Source: Leidyana gryllorum EB-2025a (lineage: Eukaryota > Protista > Apicomplexa). Taken from it: a DNA stretch of 30,217 nt. This document shows, piece after piece, positions 17,023 through 27,119 of this stretch. The number at the start of each line of letters is the position of its first letter. Position 1 is the first letter of the stretch. The notes beneath the pieces are model-generated. The model saw only the letters and a program-made list of their open reading frames with translations. It was not told where the DNA came from and did no database searches. The stretch spans positions 1 through 30,217 of the forward strand of contig JBLWGC010000013.1 of assembly GCA_048772705.1 (NCBI GenBank), written 5' to 3'. The translations under genes and the position numbers were made by a program.

Positions 17023-17103
17023 CAAGCTCCCGAGCTGAGGCTTCGGACGAGAGTTGTACCATCTTGAGATGAGGTGGAGCGTCGGGTCAACCGGCAAGCA
17101 ACG

Positions 17104-17175
17104 GGGCTGTTCTGGGAATCGAACCCAGGACTTCTTCCACCCGAAGGAAGAATCATACCACTAGACCAAACAGCC
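17104..17175 (-). tRNA. tRNA-Pro(CGG)
   Basis: CTTCC-TTCGGGT-GGAAG; intact. Confidence 0.95.
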
Positions 17176-17295
17176 ACCTAGTCGGTGGTTCAACCCGCTG
17201 GGTACAGTCGAGAGACTCGTCTCACTATGTGAGGCTGGTGGGTACCAAAGCCACTTTAGATGTCAGGCTATCGGGTTTTGTGTCCTGGCTTTCCT

Positions 17296-17368
17296 GCCGC
17301 CCTAGCTCAGTCGGTAGAGCGCAAGACTCTTAATCTTGCAGTCGCGGGTTCGAGCCCCGCGGGCGGTG
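17296..17368 (+). tRNA. tRNA-Lys(CTT)
   Basis: CAAGA-CTCTTAA-TCTTG; intact. Confidence 0.95.
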
Positions 17369-17428
17369 TGGATCTATATCCTTGGAAGTAAGAATGGAAC
17401 TGTTGCCTGCAAGCACACTCAGCTGGAT

Positions 17429-17501
17429 TTCCACTGCCGGGATTTGAACCCCGACCGTGCGGGTGAGAGCCGCATATCCTAGCCACTTAGACTACAGTGG
17501 A
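17429..17501 (-). tRNA. tRNA-Glu(CTC), one T-stem mismatch
   Basis: Homolog of 22061-22133. Confidence 0.72.
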
Positions 17502-17583
17502 CAACTCCCTCCGAAGAGCCGTACCCTCCTCGAGACACCTCATACTATGTCAAGACCCCTAAACGCTCGCGGGTCTGCGCAAC

Positions 17584-17656
17584 GGGCGACTAGCTCAAAT
17601 GGTAGAGCGCTCGCTTAGCATGCGAGAGGTACTGGGATCGATGCCCAGGTCGTCCA
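17584..17656 (+). tRNA. tRNA-Ala(AGC)
   Basis: Intact, G3:U70. Confidence 0.95.
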
Positions 17657-17795
17657 AACTTCGTACGGAGGCACCCACCGTATACAAATACTCAGAGTTA
17701 CGACCTTTGAAGGGTCCAAGACCACAAGTGCGGTTGAGAGAGTAGGGTTCCGCAGAACCCGGCCCTAACAGGTTTCGAACTTATCGATGCATCAA

Positions 17796-17867
17796 AGCCT
17801 TCTGTCGGAATCGAGCCGCCGACGTCTCGTTTACGAAGCAAACGCTCTGCCCCTAAGCTTACAAGTC
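17796..17867 (-). pseudogene. tRNA-Thr(CGT) pseudogene
   Basis: Many mismatches compared with 1110-1181. Confidence 0.75.
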
Positions 17868-18016
17868 AATCCAAGAAGGAAATCGCGCATCTAAGCCCGT
17901 TGAGGGAGGTTGTTGAAGCACTCCAAGGACTTCCACTGCCCCTCATGTGATCGAGACAGGGCCTGCCTGGTTAGCTGAGGGGCGAGGAATTCTGACACCA
18001 GATGTCACGACCTCTC

Positions 18017-18089
18017 TTCCTCGGCCGTGGCTCGAACACGGGACTTCCCGATCTTCAGTCTGGCGCTCTCCCAACTGAGCTACCGAGGC
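18017..18089 (-). pseudogene. tRNA-Phe(GAA), degenerate
   Basis: G1:A72 and an anticodon-stem mismatch compared with 24578-24650. Confidence 0.82.
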
Positions 18090-18195
18090 GCTAGACAGTC
18101 ATGGAAGGCGGTGAAAATAAGCACTTAGCGAGACCGTATGTGGGGCCAACTTACGCATGAACTGTTGGAATGGTGAAAAACAAGCACGTGTCCTC

Positions 18196-18267
18196 TGCAT
18201 CTGCCGGGAAATCGAGCCCGGGTCGTCTCGATCGCAACGAGACATTCTACCACTAGACCACAGATGC
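18196..18267 (-). pseudogene. tRNA-Gly-derived copy with anticodon GCG
   Basis: Gly(GCC) body; loop TTGCGAT; altered T loop. Confidence 0.8.
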
Positions 18268-18747
18268 GTAATAACTTGTTGCGCTAGTCGCTCGGTGTGC
18301 AGACGCCACAGCATTTCGTGATTCTTCATAGCATGGCCACTCTCTCGACTGTGCTGAGCGAGTTGCACCACCATCCGTTCGGCTGTTTGGTCTAGTAGTA
18401 TGTTCCTTCCTTGGGGTGGAAGGAGTCTGGGTTCGATTCCCAGAACAGCACGTCTTACAATTGTTGTCTCACTCAGCGTCTCTCCAAGGTCGGCTAAGAT
18501 ATGCGGCTCTCACTCGTACAATCCCGCATGAAGTCTAGACAGCTGAGACAAAATGTGATTTGCATCATAAAACCCGACCACTCGCCCAGACGCTACTGGG
18601 ACTCGAGCCCACAATCCCCACTTCCGTGGACCGATGCCACATCCATTGGGCCATACCGCCGATCAACGGGGGCGTCAAACGAGAGTGTGTCGCGATCAAG
18701 CGTTGTCGATTAGGCAAGAGTTTCCATCCGAGACACCGGAGACATAC

Positions 18748-18819
18748 TGTCCGAGCCAGAAATCGAGTCTGGGTTTGCACGGCCACAACGTGCTGTTCTA
18801 ACCACTAGACGACTCGAAC
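18748..18819 (-). pseudogene. tRNA-His(GTG), degenerate
   Basis: Mismatches in D and T arms. Confidence 0.78.
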
Positions 18820-18915
18820 AATCTTCAAGTGAGGCTATAGAGGTAATGAAGATCACTTAGGATGGGATCCATCAGGAGCATCAGATGAAGTGCGTTGCTC
18901 GAGTAGTCCAAGGAC

Positions 18916-18988
18916 TTCCACTGCCGGGACTTGAACCGGGATCGTGCGAGTGAGAGCCGCTTATCCTAGCCACTTAGACTACAGTGGA
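18916..18988 (-). pseudogene. tRNA-Glu(CTC), degenerate
   Basis: Anticodon- and T-stem mismatches. Confidence 0.78.
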
Positions 18989-19288
18989 CAAGTTCCCCAA
19001 TTGAGGTTTCGGATGAGAATCGTACCCTCTTAACAAGACGTGGTCCGTCGGGTCAACCTACAACAAAGGGGTTGCAGTAGAAAGTGGAGGGTCTCTCCAC
19101 TAAGCTCAGAAACATTGTAAGGGGTCTTGTAGCTCAGTCGGCAGAGCGTGTGGTTTTTGATGACAAACTCGCAGGTGCTGAACCTAACAGAACCGGCTTC
19201 AGATGCACCATAGACATTGACTGGGGTGCTCTCCCAATGGCACTTGTGGTTCGCGACTCTTCAAAGATGGTAGCAGCCGTACGTACTT

Positions 19289-19361
19289 TGGACGGCCTGG
19301 GCATCGATCCCAGTACCTCTCGCATGCTAAGCGAGCGCTCTACCATTTGAGCTAGTCGCCC
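19289..19361 (-). tRNA. tRNA-Ala(AGC), one acceptor mismatch
   Basis: Homolog of 17584-17656. Confidence 0.78.
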
Positions 19362-19475
19362 ATTCAGCAACCCGCAGTACATCCAGTTCTTTTTACATGG
19401 TATGACCAATCTCCCAACTGCATCGATCACTTTCACCAGTTGTGCTCCACTTTGCACAAACGAAGGCACGCAGGA

Positions 19476-19548
19476 AACGGCTGGAGGGACTCGAACCCTC
19501 AACCTTTGCCTTAGGAGGGCAACGCGCAATCCATTGCGCCACAACCGC
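19476..19548 (-). tRNA. tRNA-Arg(CCT)
   Basis: GCGGTTG/CAGCCGT; TTGCC-CTCCTAA-GGCAA. Confidence 0.92.
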
Positions 19549-19647
19549 ATTCGGACGCACCCGACTTTTGAGTGGGACGAAACCGGGCTGCCCCGAAGTG
19601 TCTCCTCTTTCACCCAACCAGTATCGAGATGACCGAAGCCTATCCAT

Positions 19648-19720
19648 GGTGCGGTGGCCTAATGGATAGGGCATCGGTCTTCGGAACCGGGAGTTGTGGG
19701 TTCGAGTCCCATCCGCATCA
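19648..19720 (+). tRNA. tRNA-Arg(TCG)
   Basis: GGTGCGG/CCGCATC; TCGGT-CTTCGGA-ACCGG. Confidence 0.94.
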
Positions 19721-19967
19721 TAGCCTCTCACGCGGAAGGTCTTCCGTTTCGACCGAAGCAAGGTTGCTAACTGTATGGGGAGCCACTGCCGCGCATGTCG
19801 AGTTGAAGTGCTAGTGATATGATTTTCCTTCACTTGGAGGAAGTGCTTGATTCGATTCCCGAACAGTCCGTTTTTCAGGAGGTTCCACACAGCTCGACGC
19901 AGAAACCGCCGGAGTCTCTCGGGGTGCTGCAGCTCTTCCGCAATTGCACTTGTGGTCTACCGCAATT

Positions 19968-20038
19968 GCACTTGTGGTCTAAGGGTAAGACGCGACCCTT
20001 CCAATGTCGTAACCCAGGTTCGAGTCTCGGCAGGTGCA
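19968..20038 (+). pseudogene. tRNA-Gly(TCC), degenerate, preceded by a 22-bp tandem duplication
   Basis: Anticodon- and T-stem mismatches. Confidence 0.8.
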
Positions 20039-20092
20039 ACCGTATGTAGCTCGAACGACCTGTCTACCTGAATGCCTGCACAATACAATGGC

Positions 20093-20172
20093 TGACAAGA
20101 GTTGGATTCGAACCCACGCCCTTTCGGACTGCGGCCTGAACACAGCGCCTTAGACCACTCGGCCATCTTGCC
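20093..20172 (-). tRNA. tRNA-Leu(CAG), one T-stem mismatch
   Basis: GGCAAGA/TCTTGTC; loop TTCAGGC. Confidence 0.8.
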
Positions 20173-20264
20173 GCAGTCTTGTTGGTTCGTCGCTCCACGC
20201 GTTTTTTTGTCCGTGAGCCGAAATAGAAAGACTTCTGGGATTGGCGACCGGCGTGTTCCGGGCG

Positions 20265-20336
20265 TCCGAGTTAGTATAGTGGTTAGTGTCGCCGCCTGCC
20301 ACGCGGAACACCCGGGATCGATTCCCGGTCTCGAAA
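20265..20336 (+). pseudogene. tRNA-Asp-derived pseudogene (anticodon reads GCC)
   Basis: Asp body with many substitutions. Confidence 0.78.
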
Positions 20337-20391
20337 CGCAGGTGGTTTTGCCAAAGATTCTCTCCTTTGGTTCTCGCTGAAAGTTGCGAGC

Positions 20392-20464
20392 TACAGCCAC
20401 CGAGGATCGAACTCGGGACCTTCTGCGTGCAGAGCAGACGTCGTAACCACTAGACCATTGCTGC
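20392..20464 (-). pseudogene. tRNA-Val-derived copy with loop TCTGCAC
   Basis: Val body; anticodon position reads TGC with C33; one acceptor mismatch. Confidence 0.78.
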
Positions 20465-20528
20465 ACGGATGGTCCCCGCAGCCCAAGAGAAGTGGCGAAG
20501 TTCGAAGGAGTACGGAGGACCAGTGCCA

Positions 20529-20600
20529 AGGTCGCGCCGGGAATCGAACCCAGGTCGGGAGATTCAGAGTCTCCAGTGCTAATTACTACACCACGCAACC
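20529..20600 (-). tRNA. tRNA-Gln(CTG), G18G19->AA (possibly non-functional)
   Basis: GGAGA-CTCTGAA-TCTCC; otherwise identical to Gln(TTG) at 11205. Confidence 0.72.
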
Positions 20601-20881
20601 CATTCAGTCCTTCCCAAAAGAGTTGGTAAAGCCATCCAGACTAGCCCTCCCTCAACTGGACACATACAACACGAGTCTCTCCACCACTCTCTGAAATATT
20701 GGCAGTGGCTTTTGTATCTTAGTTGGCAGAGCGTGTGGTTGTCAAATACAAATTCGGAGATCTGGGCTCTGAGGCAACCTCCATACATACGGCGGTGCCA
20801 ACGTCTATAGAAGGGCTATGGGGCACCCTGGATAGCTCTCAACTCTGTAGTCAAATACCGCAGTTGCAGCACTACGGAGTT

Positions 20882-20955
20882 TAGACGACCTGGACATCAA
20901 TCCCAGTACGCCTCGCATGCTAAGCGAGCGCTCTACCATTTGAGCTAGTCGCCCC
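20882..20955 (-). pseudogene. tRNA-Ala(AGC), degenerate
   Basis: Insertion and T-arm changes. Confidence 0.78.
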
Positions 20956-21042
20956 TTGTGCAGACCCCATCGCATTTTTTTGTTCTCAACACCGTATGAC
21001 CACTATCTCAACTGTCCTCATCGGGTTGCACAACCGACAGGC

Positions 21043-21114
21043 GGCTGTTTGGTCTAGTGGTATGATTCTTCCTTCGGGTGGAAGAAGTCCTGGGTTCGAT
21101 TCCCAGAACAGCCC
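21043..21114 (+). tRNA. tRNA-Pro(CGG)
   Basis: Intact cloverleaf. Confidence 0.95.
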
Positions 21115-21196
21115 CGTTGGTTGTCGGTTGACCCGACGCTCTATCTCATCTCAAGATGGTACGGCTCTCGTTCCAAAGCTGCAGCTGAGGAAGTTG

Positions 21197-21268
21197 TCCA
21201 CTGTAGTCTAAGTGGCTAGGTTATGCGGCTCTCACCCGTACATCCGGGTTCAAGACCCGGCAGTGGAA
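21197..21268 (+). pseudogene. tRNA-Glu(CTC), mildly degenerate
   Basis: 1-nt deletion and several substitutions. Confidence 0.72.
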
Positions 21269-21336
21269 GCTACTCGAGCAAAGTGCCTCAGTAATCCCCG
21301 TCAATAGTGACTGATTCTTGATCTTCGGCCTGGATT

Positions 21337-21408
21337 GCCTTCTTAGCTTAGGGGCAGAGCATTCGCTTAGTAAGCGAAAGGTCGCCGGTTCGATTCCGGC
21401 AGAAGGCT
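21337..21408 (+). tRNA. tRNA-Thr(AGT)
   Basis: Intact cloverleaf. Confidence 0.94.
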
Positions 21409-21498
21409 CGACTGCATCGACTAGGCACCTGCAAGCGGTAAGTCTCTTAGCCACGAAGCCGCAGGTTTGGAACCTGCCAGTACCTAAGGCACCCACAG

Positions 21499-21570
21499 GG
21501 GGGTTTGGCCTAGTGGTATGATTCTTCCTTCGGGTGGAAGAAGTCCTGGGTTCGATTCCCAGAACAGCCC
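21499..21570 (+). pseudogene. tRNA-Pro(CGG), 5' acceptor damaged
   Basis: GGGGGTT in place of GGCTGTT. Confidence 0.8.
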
Positions 21571-21651
21571 GTCTGATAGTTGTTGACGCGACAAGGCACT
21601 CGACCCATCCCGAGACAATGTCCCTGACAGCTACAACCCGACCATTCGCCC

Positions 21652-21724
21652 AGACGCTACTGGGACTCGAACCCAGAATCCCCGGTTCCGTAGACCGATG
21701 CCATATCCATTAGGCCCTAGCGCC
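21652..21724 (-). tRNA. tRNA-Arg(ACG), U8->G variant
   Basis: GGCGCTA/TAGCGTC; TCGGT-CTACGGA-ACCGG. Confidence 0.8.
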
Positions 21725-21953
21725 GACTAGCGGAGCCGTCAAATGGAAGTGTGTAGCGATCAAGACAGGACATGGGCAGCGACGCCCGATGGTGGGTCTG
21801 GACAGACTTCACCCACATCTCCCATTCAAAACATCGGGGACATACTATCCAAGCCAGGATTCGGGCCTGGGTATGCACGGCCACAACTTGCTGAGGCTGG
21901 TGGCAAAGCCACTTTAGTTGTCAGGCTATCGGGTTTTGTGTCGTTGCTTTCTT

Positions 21954-22026
21954 CGCGCCCTAGCTCAGTCGGTAGAGCGCAAGACTCTTAATCTTGCAGT
22001 CGCGGGCTCGAGCCCCTCGGGCGGTG
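21954..22026 (+). pseudogene. tRNA-Lys(CTT), degenerate
   Basis: Acceptor and T-arm changes compared with 17296. Confidence 0.78.
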
Positions 22027-22060
22027 TGGATCTGTTGCCTGCAAGCACACTCAGCTGGAT

Positions 22061-22133
22061 TTCCACTGCCGGGACTTGAACCCGGATCGTGCGGGTGAGA
22101 GCCGCATATCCTAGCCACTTAGACTACAGTGGA
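22061..22133 (-). tRNA. tRNA-Glu(CTC)
   Basis: Intact; TGCGG-CTCTCAC-CCGCA. Confidence 0.95.
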
Positions 22134-22251
22134 CAACTCCCTCAGCTGCAGCTTTAGCCGAGAGCCGTACCCTCTTGACAAGACGTGATTCCAGAATCCT
22201 GCGGTAGAATAAGGGAGGATCTCTATACTAACCTCTGAAACATTGTAGCTG

Positions 22252-22324
22252 GGTCTTGTAGCTCAGTCGGCAGAGCGTGTGGCTGTTAACCACAAAGTCG
22301 CAGGTTCGAAACCTGCCAGGACCG
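22252..22324 (+). tRNA. tRNA-Asn(GTT)
   Basis: Intact cloverleaf. Confidence 0.95.
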
Positions 22325-22445
22325 GTTTCAGAGGCACTCTCCAAGGGAAGGAAAATCATATCAGGAGCACTCCAACTCGACATGCGCGGCAGTGGCTCCC
22401 CATACAGCTAGCAGGCTTGCGGAACGTCTTTCGCGTGAGAGGCTA

Positions 22446-22518
22446 TGATGCGGATGGGACTCGAACCCACAACTCCCGGTTCCGAAGACCGATGCCCTAT
22501 CCATTAGGCCACCGCACC
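22446..22518 (-). tRNA. tRNA-Arg(TCG)
   Basis: Reverse complement of 19648-19720. Confidence 0.94.
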
Positions 22519-22599
22519 ATAGACAAGCTTCGGTCATCTCGATACTAGTTGGGTGTAAGAGGAGACACCTTGGGGCAGCTCGGTGGATGGGTTGCGAAT

Positions 22600-22672
22600 G
22601 CGGTTGTGCCGCAATGCATAGCGCGTTGCCCTCCCAAGGCGAAGGTTGAGGATTCGGGTCCCTCCAGCCGTT
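22600..22672 (+). pseudogene. tRNA-Arg(CCT)-derived pseudogene (anticodon reads CCC)
   Basis: Homolog of 19476-19548 with D and T damage. Confidence 0.78.
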
Positions 22673-22755
22673 TCCTGCGTGGCTTCGTTTGTGCAAAGTG
22701 GAGAGACTGGTCATACCATGTAAAAAAGAACTGGATGTACTGGGGTTTGCTCAAT

Positions 22756-22828
22756 GGGCGACTAGCTCAAATGGTAGAGCGCTCGCTTAGCATGCGAGAG
22801 GTACTGGGATCGATGCCCAGGTCGTCCA
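22756..22828 (+). tRNA. tRNA-Ala(AGC)
   Basis: Intact. Confidence 0.95.
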
Positions 22829-22943
22829 AAGTACGTACGGCTGCACGTGGCGGGATCCAAACCACCTTACATCTTTGAAGGGTCGCAGACCACAAGTGCC
22901 ATTGGGAGAGCAGCGCAGTCAATGTTTAGGGTGCCTCTGAAAG

Positions 22944-23016
22944 CGGTCCTGGCAGGTTTCGAACCTGCGACTTTGTGGTTAACAGCCACACGCTCTGCCG
23001 ACTGAGCTACAAGACC
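22944..23016 (-). tRNA. tRNA-Asn(GTT)
   Basis: Intact, reverse complement of 22252-22324. Confidence 0.95.
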
Positions 23017-23133
23017 CAGCTACAATGTTTCAGAGGATAATATAGAGACCCTCCTCTTTCTAGCCCAGGATTCTGCAACCCTTTGTGGTCAGGAATGTTG
23101 GTTTAACATCTTCCAGCGTTTCATCTCAACTTC

Positions 23134-23205
23134 ACGGCACGCGCGAAGTTGAACCACGGACTTGCTGATCTGCAGTCAACTGCTCTACCACTGAGTTACG
23201 TACCC
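23134..23205 (-). pseudogene. tRNA-Cys(GCA), degenerate
   Basis: G1:G72 and a D-stem mismatch compared with 11951. Confidence 0.78.
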
Positions 23206-23365
23206 ACGAGCTGCCTCTCATACTCGCTCAACTTGACCCTGTCTTATCATTCGAAGCAAAACGGCCGTTATTGTGTACGAGCTCCAACAACAAGGTGTTA
23301 CGCATCTGTGGTGTGGAAGAGTCTCTCGCTGCCATCGAGATAACCCGTTGTTCCGATTCCAAGCG

Positions 23366-23438
23366 TGGGAGTGGAGAGGATCGAACTCTCGACTTCAGGA
23401 TTATGAGACCTACGCGCTACCGACTGCGCTACACTCCC
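23366..23438 (-). tRNA. tRNA-Met(CAT), elongator
   Basis: GGGAGTG/CACTCCC; TAGGT-CTCATAA-TCCTG; T loop TTCGATC. Confidence 0.95.
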
Positions 23439-23556
23439 CAATGGAACTTCTCTCGATGTATCTCCTCCTGTCAAAAGGGTGCACGGGGATGCTGTCCACG
23501 GCAAGGACAGCCAGCTTTGCAGCAATTGTGAGGGGCTGGAACACGACCGCTCGCCC

Positions 23557-23629
23557 AGACGCTACTGGGACTCGAACCCAGAATCCCAAGTTCCGTAGAC
23601 CGATGCCATATCCATTAGGCCATAGCGCC
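23557..23629 (-). pseudogene. tRNA-Arg(ACG), anticodon stem damaged
   Basis: TCGGT/ACTTG mispaired. Confidence 0.78.
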
Positions 23630-24577
23630 AATCAACGGAGCCGTCGAATGAAAGTGTGTAGCCATCAAGAGAAAGTTCCATTAGAGACACCGGAGACATA
23701 TTGGCCGAGCCGGGAATCGAGCCTGGCTTCGCACGGCCACAACTTGCTGTCCCAACCACTAGACGACTCGGATAATCTGCAAGTAGCTATCAAGGCAGTG
23801 GGGCATCAATCAGGATGAAATGTAACAGGAGCGTTAGATGCTCTCCAAATGAGCTACTCCAGGCCGTCCAACTTCTGTGAGGCTCATCGGATACGCCCCT
23901 TTCACGGCCCGGAAGCTCCGTACAGCCATGGTCTACTGCTTACGACGTCTGCTCCACACGCAGGAAAGAAGGTCCCATTCTATCCTGACAAGGATGGGAT
24001 TTGGATCCACGCCCATTCGGCGCTGCGCCGTCACATATGTCCCTGCGAGTGCTACAGCTGTCCGCCAGTGTCTAATTGGCACTGGTGTTCAACGGCGTAG
24101 AATTCTAGTGAATCAGCCATGTGCTATGTCTGCATTTGCCGGGAATCGAAAACGGGTCGTCTCGATGGCAACGAGACATTCTACCAACAGACCATAGATG
24201 CAGATCACGATCTTGCTGCATCTTGTACGTGGTGACAGCCGTTGTTAGAGAGCCTATCGATGCATCAAAGCCTTCTGTCGGAATCGAGCCGCCGACTTCT
24301 CGCTTACGAAGCAACGCTCTGCCCCTAACTTAAGACGGCAATCCAAGCAGGAAATTACGCATCTATCCTCATTGAGGGAGCTTACTGAAGGTCTGTGATC
24401 GGATAATCCGAGGACTTCCACTGCCGGCACTTGAACCCGGACCGTGCGAGTGAGAGCCGCATATCCTAGCCGGCCTCCGCCATACCCACAAGTGATCGAG
24501 ACAGGGCCTGCCTCATTAGCTGAGGGGCCGAACGCTCGCGCGCGTGCGAGGGATGACACCAGATGTCACAGTCTCTC

Positions 24578-24650
24578 TGCCTCGGCCGTGGATCGAACAC
24601 GGGACTTCCAGATCTTCAGTCTGGCGCTCTCCCAACTGAGCTACCGAGGC
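24578..24650 (-). tRNA. tRNA-Phe(GAA)
   Basis: GCCTCGG/CCGAGGC; CCAGA-CTGAAGA-TCTGG. Confidence 0.96.
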
Positions 24651-25024
24651 GCTAGAAAGTCTCGAAACGCGGTGAAAATAAGCACTCACCGCAGCCGCAT
24701 CTGGGGCCACTCCTCGCGGCATGCCGAGTTGGACAGTTGCCAACTTGCCCGAGTGGGGAGGGGTGGTGGATTTGAATTCTATTGGGCCTGGTCCGCCCGG
24801 GGGCAGGCTTTGGGCGCGAGCCGTACCATCCTGAAAAGGAGTGGGATGTCAGGTCAACACCAAATGAGCTTTTCTGGGAATCAGATCCATTTCTCTTTCC
24901 ATCCTGACAGGGATACCACCGCTAGACCAAATAGCCGAATACTTGGGTGCATGCAACCGGACATACAGATAGAGACTCGAATCTCCTTTAGCTTTTCCAG
25001 CCTATTCTTGAGGATGATCGCCGT

Positions 25025-25108
25025 TGCACAAAATGGGATTCGAACCCATGCAGACTTGCGCCTACCAGAACTTGAGTCTGGCCCCTTAGACCACTCGGGC
25101 ATCTGTGC
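25025..25108 (-). tRNA. tRNA-Leu(CAA)
   Basis: Mirror of 13600-13683 (2 differences). Confidence 0.93.
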
Positions 25109-25349
25109 GTTACTTTCATTCTGAGTTCCAGAGTGTTAATGGCTTCCGTTGCGACGTCGATGTCGTTCTGGGTGCGGTGTACCGCCGCGGAGTAATCTTA
25201 CGGCCCGAGTTGCTTAGATGGCAACGCATGTGATTGTAGTGGTGGCATCAAATATTCGACGAGCAAATTCCGTCCGCCGGGAGTTGAGGAGTGAACTTCA
25301 TTCCATCCTGATCGATGCTTCGCTACCTCTACAGCCTCGCTCAACGATT

Positions 25350-25421
25350 GTCCGAGTCGTCTAGTGGTTAGGACAGCACGTTGTGGCCGTGCAAACCTAG
25401 GCTCGATTCCTGGCTCGGACA
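25350..25421 (+). tRNA. tRNA-His(GTG)
   Basis: Mirror of 13287-13358. Confidence 0.88.
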
Positions 25422-25496
25422 AGCAGTCTAAAGTGCATTGCTCTTCGCCCCGGTTGAAAATATTGCTGCAGCCATGGTCAAGTCTGTACCATCGGC

Positions 25497-25567
25497 TGCA
25501 CCTGCCGGGACTCGAACCCGGGCTGCGAGCATGGGAAGCTCGCATCCTACCCTTGGACCACAAGTGC
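25497..25567 (-). tRNA. tRNA-Gly(CCC)
   Basis: Mirror of 13141-13211. Confidence 0.95.
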
Positions 25568-25658
25568 ACTCGAGAAAGAGCTTCAGCACCCCGAGACTCG
25601 GCCGCAGTCTGCGTTGAGCTAGTGGTTCAGCTTTGCAGGTGCCCAGTCGATGCAGTCG

Positions 25659-25730
25659 AGCCTCCTGCCGGAAACGAACCGGCGACCTTTCGCTTACTAA
25701 GCGAATGCTCTGCCCCTAAGCTAAGAAGGC
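25659..25730 (-). tRNA. tRNA-Thr(AGT), A58->T variant
   Basis: Mirror of 12978-13049. Confidence 0.7.
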
Positions 25731-26685
25731 AATGCAAGCCGAAGATCACGAGTCAGTCACTATTGACGGAGGTTACTGAAGCACTTTGCTCGAATAGTCC
25801 AATGACTTCCACTGTCGGACTTGAACCCGGATCGTGCGGGTGAGAGCCGCATATCCTAGCCACTTAGACTACAGTGGACGAGTCACAACAGTTGCACTGA
25901 CGAATGAGGCGCCAGAGAACTGTGAGTCGGTCTCAGATTGGAAGTTCACCTAGGTTTGGCGGGTCGGCGGCAATCTCAAGTGGTAGAGCGGTGACTTTGC
26001 ACGCGAGAGGTCAGTTTAGACATCTATCAATGCCGCAGGCCAGGCTGAACATGGGGGTATTTGGTCACTTCCGCGACATGTCGAATTCGACAGGTAGCAG
26101 CTTGCCCGAGTGGTTAAGGGGTTAGTCTAGAAGTCTATTGGGCCTGGCCCGCGCTGGTTCGAATCCAGCAGTTGTCGTGTTATGTGATCGGGCATCAACT
26201 CCATCGGTCGTGGCTGTGCTATATCATTCCGCTGTGCAGACCCCATAGCATTTAGTGGTTCTTGACATATTATGACCAGTCTCTCGACTGTACCAGCCAT
26301 TTGCACCACGGACCGATGGGCTGTTTGGTCTAGTGCTATGACCCCTCCTCAGGGTGGAGTCCTGGTTCGATTCCCAGCACAGCCCTCTTGGTCGTCGGTT
26401 CACCCGATGGGACAAGTTGCGTTCAAATCCAGCAGTTGTCGTGCGATGTGGTTGGAGGGGTCAAACACCAACTCAAGCGTGAATCCCTGGAAGGGTGGGA
26501 AAACAATCATGTGTCTTCTGCATGTGCCGGGAATCGAACCCGGGTCGTCTCGATGGCAACGAGACATTCTACCACTAGACCACAGATTCATGACTCGTTG
26601 TTGTTCAAGCTCGTGCACAATAACGGCCGTTTTGCATCAAACGAGAAGACAAAATCGAGTTGAGCGAGTATGACGGGTGTTTTGT

Positions 26686-26757
26686 GGGTACGTAGCTCAG
26701 TGGTAGAGCAGCTGACTGCAGATCAGCAAGTCCGTGGTTCAACTCCGCGCGTGCCCT
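26686..26757 (+). tRNA. tRNA-Cys(GCA)
   Basis: Mirror of 11951-12022. Confidence 0.95.
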
Positions 26758-26907
26758 AAAGATGACCTGAAGGTTGAAGATGTTGGAAATCCATCCCTGA
26801 CCACATGCCAATGAGTTTGAAGTCGGTGGACAATTTTGGGTGTATGGCGGACGGTGGCGCGCAGAAATCGCCCGAGTGTCTCGGGGTGCTGCAACTCTTT
26901 CGCAATT

Positions 26908-26978
26908 GCACTTGTGGTCTAAGGGTAAGATGCGACCCTTCCAAGGTCGTAACCCGGGTTCGAGTCCCGGCAGGTGCA
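26908..26978 (+). tRNA. tRNA-Gly(TCC)
   Basis: Mirror of 11730-11800. Confidence 0.95.
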
Positions 26979-27036
26979 GCCGTATGTAGCTCGAACGACA
27001 TCGAGAGGGGACTACTTACCAATACAATACAACGGC

Positions 27037-27119
27037 TGACAACAAGAGTGGGATTCGAACCCACGCCCTTTCGGACTGCGGCCTGAACACAGAGCCTTAG
27101 ACCACTCGGCCATCTTGCC
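27037..27119 (-). tRNA. tRNA-Leu(CAG) with 3' duplication
   Basis: Mirror of 11589-11671. Confidence 0.7.
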
